Shown here in pieces: positions 56,853 to 64,000 of a DNA stretch of 64,000 nucleotides (the stretch's first letter is position 1; each line of letters opens with the position of its first letter). This stretch comes from a virus. Taxonomy: Duplodnaviria; Caudoviricetes. The translations under genes were made by a program, and so were the position numbers. The notes under the pieces were generated by a model. It did no database searches. It was not told where the DNA came from and saw nothing but the letters and a program-made list of their open reading frames with translations. Location: positions 96,001 to 160,000 of the IMG/VR virus record IMGVR_UViG_3300032320_001447; one strand, 5' to 3'.

Positions 56853-58138
56853 TATTTAAACTTTTTTACTACTTCTTCAATATATTCAAATACCTCGTTA
56901 GTGTAATGAGGCGCCGCACCAATAAAGAATACTTTATCCAATACCTTATTAGCTTCAGGATATTTATTGCTATCATCTAAGAAGCTATAGCCTGGGTGTA
57001 GTAATATATTACCAGCAAAATAGTTTCTTGTTTGTATTTTATTTGCTTCTAAGAATGCCACTAATCTGTGTTTCAATCCATCTTCTTCGCATATAAACGG
57101 AGTTCCAAACCAACAAGGATCTGCTTTCTCTAATTTACTTGGTGCTCTTAAACTTGGAATATTATCTGTGAATATCTTTGTTAGTCTTTCTCTTGCCGCT
57201 CTTCTCTTCTCTTCCATTCTATCTAACTTAATTAACTGCTCTAATCCAATTGCGCCTTGTAAATCTAAAGGTTTTAAGTTATAACCCATTTGAGAGAATA
57301 CATACTTATGATCGATAACTCCATCGTAACTGTCTAACCACTTATCGAATCTATTTCCGCATGTTCCACACGGTAATAAGTTAGCAGATCCAATACAGTA
57401 GCAATCTCTACCCCACCAACTGATGCTTACGAATAGTTTCTTTAGTTCATCATCATTAGTACAAATCATTCCGCCTTCACCAGTTGAAATGTGATGGGCT
57501 GGATAAAATGAATTAGAAAATGCGACATAGTATTCGCTTAAGAATTTACCATTCCATTTAGATCCTAAGCTATCGCAGTTGTCTCCAACTAATTTTAAGT
57601 TGTACTTCTCTGCTAATTGAATTAATCTATCCATATTTGGAGGATTACCTAATACAGGCGATACAAAAATTGCTCTTGTTCTATCTGTGATCTTCGCTTC
57701 CACTTGATCTAAATCAAAGTTAAGTGTATCCCATTCAATATCAGCAAATACCGATTTTAATCTGTGTTGATATAGTACAGACACTGTTGTCGCGAATCCA
57801 ACTGGAGATACAATAACTTCATCGTCATCAGCCCAATTGAATCTCTTCTTCAGTGCTGCTATCATTACTAAATTAGCAGAGCTTCCTGAATTCACCATGT
57901 GTGAGTGCTTAACATTAAATCGCTTGCTAAATCTATTCTCAAATTTATAAACTTTTTCTCCTGTTGTAATCCACTTTCCGTTTAAGAAACTTTCAATAGC
58001 TGCTTCTGTTTCTTTGTTGTCCCAATAAGGTCCACTGTAATAGATTGGCGTAATACCAGGCGTAAAGTTCTTTGCGTTGTATATGTAGGGCGCTACGTGG
58101 TTACCTACTAACTCTTGTATGTTTTCTAATTTTATCAT
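56852..58138 (-). CDS. rfbH: RfbH/E1-like NDP-4-keto-6-deoxyhexose 3-dehydrase (DegT/DnrJ fold)
   Basis: VNSGSSANL, DNCDSLG, SFYPAHHISTGEGG (His at the usual Lys position), WGRDCYC...CG.RF and GYNLKP. Confidence 0.75.
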   Translation of the reverse strand: MIKLENIQELVGNHVAPYIYNAKNFTPGITPIYYSGPYWDNKETEAAIESFLNGKWITTGEKVYKFENRFSKRFNVKHSHMVNSGSSANLVMIAALKKRFNWADDDEVIVSPVGFATTVSVLYQHRLKSVFADIEWDTLNFDLDQVEAKITDRTRAIFVSPVLGNPPNMDRLIQLAEKYNLKLVGDNCDSLGSKWNGKFLSEYYVAFSNSFYPAHHISTGEGGMICTNDDELKKLFVSISWWGRDCYCIGSANLLPCGTCGNRFDKWLDSYDGVIDHKYVFSQMGYNLKPLDLQGAIGLEQLIKLDRMEEKRRAARERLTKIFTDNIPSLRAPSKLEKADPCWFGTPFICEEDGLKHRLVAFLEANKIQTRNYFAGNILLHPGYSFLDDSNKYPEANKVLDKVFFIGAAPHYTNEVFEYIEEVVKKFK

Positions 58139-58806
58139 TTTATGTTTGGGTTGAATATGTAACATTCTAATCTTTCTATAATCCATGGAGCAACGTCTTT
58201 TTCTAATAAAAAATCTGCTACGTGTTTATAAAATTCTTTAGATCTTAATTTTGCGTGTTCTTTTGTAATTCCAAAATGTCCTCCTGGTATGAATTCGTAT
58301 TGTGCAGGAGGCGCTTGATTAAAAAATCTATTCCAATATCTATCTACATCAATATTAGGATTGCTGTCTTGTGGTGCGCCATTACTTTGACATATCAGTA
58401 CTCTACCTTCTCCGTGATGCGTAGATGGGCTTAATGCCCACATTGAACCACCTAATGGAGATGGAACTGTTATAGTATTAAAATGGAATCCGTAGTATCC
58501 TCCTATTTTTAATTGACACCTCGAATCTTCTGTATTATTGTTTACCACTTCTATGACGTCTTCCCAATGATCGAATGGATAATCTTGTGCAAAGAAAGTA
58601 ATGTCTGATAGATTATCGTAGTTCGTGTATATATGATTAAAGAAAGAGTGTACGCACCTTCCTTTGTTTGGTTCTATCTTAATTTCGTTCTCTCTTTGTT
58701 TTTCTTCTTCTCCTTTTCTATATACAGTTACCTTAATTTCAGGATTTAGTTTATCTAACCAATCTAAATACCTATCGTATGCTGCTATAACTAATTCTCT
58801 TGTCAT
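58135..58806 (-). CDS. DUF3431-like protein
   Basis: LVIAAY...W, NKGR...HI..NYDNL.D.T.F.Q..PFDH and ER. Confidence 0.65.
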   Translation of the reverse strand: MTRELVIAAYDRYLDWLDKLNPEIKVTVYRKGEEEKQRENEIKIEPNKGRCVHSFFNHIYTNYDNLSDITFFAQDYPFDHWEDVIEVVNNNTEDSRCQLKIGGYYGFHFNTITVPSPLGGSMWALSPSTHHGEGRVLICQSNGAPQDSNPNIDVDRYWNRFFNQAPPAQYEFIPGGHFGITKEHAKLRSKEFYKHVADFLLEKDVAPWIIERLECYIFNPNIK

Positions 58807-59708
58807 TACTTTCTAACGTTTGGATAGTTTAATATAAACCATTCTATTGACTCTTTTAAACCTTTCTCCAAAGTGGTGAATTCGTAGTCTCCAATAATAC
58901 TCAAAAGTTTGGCATTAGAAGATGGTTTTCTGTGTTGACCATTTGGTTTGTCTGTCAACCACTTTACATTGCCATTGAAGCCCATGTACTCCACAATCAG
59001 ATCAACTACTTGCTTAATAGAATACTCAGTTGGATTGGATATAATCACAGGATCAGTTCCCTCGTATTTCTGGATAAGTAAATCCACTATATTAGCCACA
59101 TCTTTTGAATAAACAAATTCTCTAAGTGGAGTACCATCACCCCATACTTCAAACGTTTTTCTATTTTTCTTAGCGAGATAGCACTTATGAATTAGCATTG
59201 GAATAACATGACCAACTTCTAAGCTATAGTTATCGTTTGGACCATATACATTACAAGGAATCACTGAAAAATATTGCGTACCGTATTGTTGATTGAATGC
59301 TCTGATTTGTACGTCCGCCATTCTCTTAGCGTAAGCGTAAGCAAAGTTTGATGGATGAGGAGGACCTAGCTCTATCTTAGTTTCGTCTAATGGGTATTCC
59401 ACTTTATCTGGGAATACACACGTGGATAAAAAAGAAACTAATTTTGGAATTTTTAATTCGTAACAAGCTTGAATAACATTAGTATTGATTCTAATATTGT
59501 CCATGAAAAAATTAGCGGGGAATTCCATATTGGCTCCTAAGCCTCCTACTTTGGCAGCGCAATGAATCATCACCTCGGGTTGTTCAACTGCTATAGTATA
59601 ATAAGTAGCATTATAGTTTCTTAAATCTACTACTGAAGATCCTATTTTAGTTCCCTCTTTAAAAGCCGATCCTATTAAACCAGTTCCCCCAGTTATTAAT
59701 TTATTCAT
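58806..59708 (-). CDS. fcl: GDP-L-fucose synthase
   Basis: AAKVGGLGAN, STCVFP, YAYAKR, NVYGPND, HVIP and VWGDGTPLREF. Confidence 0.9.
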   Translation of the reverse strand: MNKLITGGTGLIGSAFKEGTKIGSSVVDLRNYNATYYTIAVEQPEVMIHCAAKVGGLGANMEFPANFFMDNIRINTNVIQACYELKIPKLVSFLSTCVFPDKVEYPLDETKIELGPPHPSNFAYAYAKRMADVQIRAFNQQYGTQYFSVIPCNVYGPNDNYSLEVGHVIPMLIHKCYLAKKNRKTFEVWGDGTPLREFVYSKDVANIVDLLIQKYEGTDPVIISNPTEYSIKQVVDLIVEYMGFNGNVKWLTDKPNGQHRKPSSNAKLLSIIGDYEFTTLEKGLKESIEWFILNYPNVRK

Positions 59709-60691
59709 TAGAATACTTTATTTAATTCAAGTTTCCAATACTCGATCATCTCATCAAGCATTGTTTCAAATGTGTATGTAGGTTTCCAACCTGTGGCTTT
59801 CATCAATTTACTAGGATCTCCTTTTAAATCTGTCAACTCTTCAGGTCTTAAAAATTTCATGTCTAATTTTACGTAGTCTTTATAGTCCATATTTAATCGA
59901 CTAAATACATACTCGCATAATTCTCTAACAGAATGAGAAACTCCAGTTGCACAAACAAAATCGTTGGGCTCTTCCAATTGTAGTATTCTCCACATTGCTT
60001 CTACGTAATCTTTAGCGTGACCCCAATCTCTTGTGGCTTCTAAGTTTCCTAATCTTAATTCTTTTGATTGACCGTAGAATATTTTAACCGCTTCTTTAAC
60101 TACTTTATTCGTTACGAAGTTTGTGCCTCTTCTTGGAGATTCGTGGTTAAATAGAATTCCGTTAGACACATACATGCCGTAAGAATTTCTATAGTTCCTC
60201 GTAATGTTATATCCAAATACTTTAGCGCATCCGTAAGGAGATACTGGGTTCATCGGCGTGTTCTCTCTTTGAAATCTGTCTGTATCTATAGAATTACCAA
60301 ACATTTCAGAAGAAGAGGCTTGGTATATTTTTGCATTCTTACACATAGATAGCGTGGCTTCCAATAGATTAAGAGTTCCAATTGCGACTGTATTTGCGGT
60401 GTATACTGGTTGATCGAACGATATTCTTACATGAGATTGAGCAGCTAAGTTGTATATCTCATCCGGTTGTACTTTGCTTAACACTCTATTAAGAGATGCT
60501 AGATCAGTCATATCAGCATAAGTCAAATTATCTTTGATCTGATTGTATACTTTGATTCTCGCTGTTTGATTCTCTGCTACGGAGTTTCTCTTCAATATGC
60601 CGTGTACTTCGTAACCTTTATCTAATAGTAACTCTGCCAAGTAAGATCCGTCTTGACCGTTAATTCCAGTAATTAATGCTACTTTACTCAT
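59708..60691 (-). CDS. gmd: GDP-mannose 4,6-dehydratase
   Basis: ITGINGQDGSYLAE, NLAAQSHV, YQASSSE, FNHESPRRG and RDWGHAKDYV. Confidence 0.95.
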   Translation of the reverse strand: MSKVALITGINGQDGSYLAELLLDKGYEVHGILKRNSVAENQTARIKVYNQIKDNLTYADMTDLASLNRVLSKVQPDEIYNLAAQSHVRISFDQPVYTANTVAIGTLNLLEATLSMCKNAKIYQASSSEMFGNSIDTDRFQRENTPMNPVSPYGCAKVFGYNITRNYRNSYGMYVSNGILFNHESPRRGTNFVTNKVVKEAVKIFYGQSKELRLGNLEATRDWGHAKDYVEAMWRILQLEEPNDFVCATGVSHSVRELCEYVFSRLNMDYKDYVKLDMKFLRPEELTDLKGDPSKLMKATGWKPTYTFETMLDEMIEYWKLELNKVF

Positions 60692-61299
60692 ATAGTGTTG
60701 TATAAAGAATTTTGTTTTACTTGTCTGTCAATATCTTTAGGATGATATAAAGCCCAGTCTTCAAATTCTGCAGGAAATATAGAAGAGGTTTTCCAACCTT
60801 CTAATCTTTCGTGAACTTTTCCAACCCATTGTATTGAAGCAAGGTTCTTACATATTCTCGTTTGGTAATCAGGCCAGTTGACTCTACCTTTTTCGTCTAC
60901 TCTCCAATGCCATGTTTTAATGTGTTCTTCTGTAAGACCTTTAACCGTGTTTACTCTAGGAACTCCATAACATTCTACACTGTTGTTTGCTTCTAAAACT
61001 TCTTTAATTAATTTTAATAAGTGCTCAGATAGGTATTCGTCTGCATCGATAAAAAAGATGTAGTCACCGGTGCAGTTATTTTTTAGGTTGTTTTTAAAAG
61101 ACGCAAAATCTTTATTAAGAGGAAATGTAATTGACTTTACTGGATACGAGTCTACAACAAACTTTACTTTGTCTGTAGCAGTATCATCTAACTGAATAAT
61201 GATCTCATCTCCTAGATCCTTACCTTCGGTAAGTTGCTTTAGTAGTCTATTTAATTCTTCCGCCTCGTTGTGTGCAGTAATCGCGTAACTTATTTTCAT
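60688..61299 (-). CDS. GT2 family glycosyltransferase
   Basis: HNEAE, FFIDADE, WPDYQ.R and VHE. Confidence 0.85.
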   Translation of the reverse strand: MKISYAITAHNEAEELNRLLKQLTEGKDLGDEIIIQLDDTATDKVKFVVDSYPVKSITFPLNKDFASFKNNLKNNCTGDYIFFIDADEYLSEHLLKLIKEVLEANNSVECYGVPRVNTVKGLTEEHIKTWHWRVDEKGRVNWPDYQTRICKNLASIQWVGKVHERLEGWKTSSIFPAEFEDWALYHPKDIDRQVKQNSLYNTI

Positions 61300-61304
61300 A
61301 TTCT

Positions 61305-61751
61305 TTATTTTATATCAAACAATCCTATATAATCGCATGCAGCAAAGAAATCTGTTTCAAATCCTTGTAAGCTAGCTGAATCTGATTTGTGAGTCTTGCC
61401 TTTAAATTTAGGAAGCTCTTTCTCTTCTTCTGTTAATTCTATAGTTTTAATTCCAGCCCACTGCCAATCCTCTTTAGAACCGCCATTCGCAAATACGGTG
61501 CCTTTGTCTTCTATGTTAATTGCTTGAGGATACCATACACGACCTTGTTCATCTGTGTGTTTTAGATCTTTATAGAGTTCAGGCATTTCTTCTTCGTATT
61601 GTTCGAAATCAAATTCTCCCTCCGTCATTAAATCGCTAGTTGTAAAACCACAACTAAAGCATGCATAAGCATTGTGGAACTCGTTGATTGGAGTTATATA
61701 GCATGCATCTTCTGCGTTACACTTTGGACATGATGTTAATTGATCAGTCAT
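61305..61751 (-). CDS. Zn-ribbon hypothetical protein
   Basis: CPKC...CFSCG. Confidence 0.55.
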   Translation of the reverse strand: MTDQLTSCPKCNAEDACYITPINEFHNAYACFSCGFTTSDLMTEGEFDFEQYEEEMPELYKDLKHTDEQGRVWYPQAINIEDKGTVFANGGSKEDWQWAGIKTIELTEEEKELPKFKGKTHKSDSASLQGFETDFFAACDYIGLFDIK

Positions 61752-62058
61752 TTAATATGGTTTTATCGTTAGCTATTGTTGTTGTATACCAATTTGGTGC
61801 GCCATTTGTAGTATACGTTATATTACTACCTGTCGTGAACGTAATAGAAGTAGTTCCAGGTGTCGTAGTTATTGCGGGGCTGGAGATATAAGTTCCATTA
61901 GGAGTTCCCCATCCTGTTACTGCAGTTGCTATGTACGGTTCATCGCTAACCTTTGCTAGTTCTTCTTTTAATAAGTCCCACTGTTTAGGAGTTACGTTAA
62001 AGTCGTGAACTCCTTCAGTGAATCCTCGAAGCCATAAAATAAATTGTTGTGAGGTCAT
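61744..62058 (-). CDS. Hypothetical protein with Thr-rich tail
   Basis: QFILWLRGF...QW..LKE.L, then a T-rich low-complexity segment. Confidence 0.55.
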   Translation of the reverse strand: MTSQQFILWLRGFTEGVHDFNVTPKQWDLLKEELAKVSDEPYIATAVTGWGTPNGTYISSPAITTTPGTTSITFTTGSNITYTTNGAPNWYTTTIANDKTILND

Positions 62059-62089
62059 AAAATTTTTTTTAATTTTTTTTGTTTTTGAG

Positions 62090-63379
62090 CTAATATTTAA
62101 CTTCTATTTTTTTTAGTTTAGGTAATTGTAATCCCACACTTTTAGGAACTTTATCCATGTAAGAGCTTAATAACTTCTTCATCTCTTCAAAACTAAATTT
62201 GGTTTTAGATTGATGAGCTTGTTTCTTTGCTCTCTCTTCGTACTTAGCATATTTGTTGAATACGTCGTTTAAATAAAACTCTACTTGTTTAATATCTGGA
62301 TTAAACCAACCGGATTCTGGTATCAACATATCTTTTACTACCGCTGATGGATGTATTTGTCTTACTTCTCCGCCTATCATACACACGCTTTCCATAAACA
62401 AGAAATCAGTGTGACCTGACCATGCTGTTGTGATCAATGGTTTTTTTGATAGGGTAAATTCTAATAAAGGTCTACCGAATCCCTCGCCTTTTGTTAGATT
62501 CACCATAGCTTTTACTTTAGGGTGATTGTAAAGATTATTCACATCTTTATCGTCTAACTCTCCGTGTAATAGATAAATGTTAGGTAAATCTCCAGTAACA
62601 GTGTTTCTAATAAGATCTATCTTTCTAAGCATTTCGTCTCTATCCATAATTGAAGATCCTGCGCCTGATACTTTTAATATTAATCCTGGTCTACTCTTCT
62701 TATTTCTAAATGTTTCTAAGAAAGTTTTTATTAACAATCCAACATTCTTTCTGTCTTCGCCTAAATCTCCTTGAAGCCAGTGACCTACGAATAAGTAGCA
62801 GAACTCTTCTTTGATTTCGTCTAGCTCAAGTACTAGTTCTGTTTCTTCAAGATCATCGTCAGCTATAGGGAAGTATTTGTTTAAGTCAACTCCTTCAAAT
62901 AAAACTTCAACTGGTTTTTCTAATTTAATTTGTCTAATTGTTTGACCTTGTTGATTTCTCTCTTCAAAATTAGATTGTTCAAAAACAGTCTTCGCATGAT
63001 TTGAAGATACTAATGTTAAATTCATTCTATTTACTCCTTCAATCCAAGACGCATGACATAGTGTAGTTTCTATACCTGCTGTTACTCCGATGTTGTATTT
63101 TCCAACGGCTTGAAACTCGTTAGGAACTGTTATCTGAATCCACAAATCAGGTTGTTTTGTCATGGGTTGCTTCATAACTAATGACTCTAAAAAGCCCCAA
63201 TCCTGTTCGTGATCTTTAATGTATCCCCAAGGAGTAGATCCCCATCTCTGAGGCATTATATTTATATCGTATTCTTCTTTTTTAGATTCATACAAAGCTT
63301 TTACAAAATCGCGAGCTCTAGCTCCGTAACCTGCGTAACAATCTATTGGACATGATATAACCACATATTGTTTACTCAT
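62090..63379 (-). CDS. GT4-like (GT-B) glycosyltransferase
   Basis: GYGARAR, RKNVG and TKGEGFGRPLLE. Confidence 0.85.
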   Translation of the reverse strand: MSKQYVVISCPIDCYAGYGARARDFVKALYESKKEEYDINIMPQRWGSTPWGYIKDHEQDWGFLESLVMKQPMTKQPDLWIQITVPNEFQAVGKYNIGVTAGIETTLCHASWIEGVNRMNLTLVSSNHAKTVFEQSNFEERNQQGQTIRQIKLEKPVEVLFEGVDLNKYFPIADDDLEETELVLELDEIKEEFCYLFVGHWLQGDLGEDRKNVGLLIKTFLETFRNKKSRPGLILKVSGAGSSIMDRDEMLRKIDLIRNTVTGDLPNIYLLHGELDDKDVNNLYNHPKVKAMVNLTKGEGFGRPLLEFTLSKKPLITTAWSGHTDFLFMESVCMIGGEVRQIHPSAVVKDMLIPESGWFNPDIKQVEFYLNDVFNKYAKYEERAKKQAHQSKTKFSFEEMKKLLSSYMDKVPKSVGLQLPKLKKIEVKY

Positions 63380-63417
63380 ACTATTTATTCTTTTTAATTT
63401 TTTACTTATCTTGTGTA

Positions 63418-63999
63418 TTAATAAGTTAATTTATGTACAATTTTCTTTCTTGGTAATTTGTCTGTCTTGATAAGCTCGAAAGATTTTCTAGGAACAAATT
63501 TATCGAATGTGTTATCTAAGCACTCAGATACATTTTGACACATGTGTGCTGCCGTCATCATCGCTTCTTCTGATTGTGCCCATTTTCTACCAGCCATTCC
63601 TCTTCTAGTTCTTTCTTCTACTGGTAAATTATAGACCTCTTCGATAGCTTTTGCTACATCTCTAAAATCACATCTATCATCAAAGATATAAGGCGTAGGA
63701 ATAGAACCTACAATACTTAAATTACTTGGGTAAACTGGGATTGCCCACTCTCCATGTTTTTTATAAGTACCGAAATGATTAGAACAGAAGTTCTCGTCGA
63801 AATCAATCCAATTACCGTCTTCGTCTTCGAATCTCATTTGATCTTGCATACCACCAGTTACGTTTGCAATAATCATCTTACCACACATCATAGACTCTGT
63901 CAAAGATAATCCCCAACCTTCGTTAGAAGATACTAAGCAAGATACGTCTGATAAGTTGTACAATAAATTAACTTCATCTGCCGCTACTCTAGCATCATG
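63418..63999 (-). CDS. GT4-like glycosyltransferase, 5'-truncated by the window edge
   Basis: SSNEGWGLSLTESMMCG..IIANVTGGMQDQ; frame open to the window end. Confidence 0.85.
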   Translation of the reverse strand, partial: HDARVAADEVNLLYNLSDVSCLVSSNEGWGLSLTESMMCGKMIIANVTGGMQDQMRFEDEDGNWIDFDENFCSNHFGTYKKHGEWAIPVYPSNLSIVGSIPTPYIFDDRCDFRDVAKAIEEVYNLPVEERTRRGMAGRKWAQSEEAMMTAAHMCQNVSECLDNTFDKFVPRKSFELIKTDKLPRKKIVHKLTY

Positions 64000-64000
64000 A

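Noticed and set aside
47521-63999. Bacterial chromosomal O-antigen/capsule locus
   Set aside because: It is contiguous with phage genes, carries homing endonucleases and the phage promoter motif, and lacks export/polymerase genes in the window.
1-64000. Stop-codon reassignment
   Set aside because: Recognisable enzymes are full length in the standard code, and TAA, TAG and TGA all end genes at sensible positions.

Overview
A 64-kb segment of a large, AT-rich, tailed dsDNA phage genome (myovirus-like baseplate). The host is probably a Bacteroidota bacterium, inferred from the lack of Shine-Dalgarno motifs and from TAnnTTT(G/A)-type promoter boxes. All family calls come from motif recognition by eye, not database searches. 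Positions 1-19.6 kb (+ strand) encode baseplate/tail structural proteins. Embedded among them are two mucin-like Pro/Ser/Thr-repeat proteins and a six-gene glycan cassette led by two GT60-like (Skp1/polypeptide GlcNAc-transferase-like) enzymes; this block appears to split one structural gene in two. After a bidirectional terminator at 19.6 kb all credible genes are on the - strand. These are: a candidate DNA base-modification/repair cluster (20-23.6 kb); about 22 kb of small early/accessory genes (DUF932, T5orf172, HNH, UvsE, metallophosphoesterase, HExxH proteins), with three promoters carrying a conserved upstream element at identical spacing; and a cluster of about 16.5 kb for glycosyltransferases and nucleotide-sugar synthesis (gmd, fcl, rfbH-like, GT2/GT4/GT11/GT17-like). 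The best candidate for a novel system is phage-encoded mucin-type O-glycosylation of the virion. No tRNA, rRNA or CRISPR array was found.
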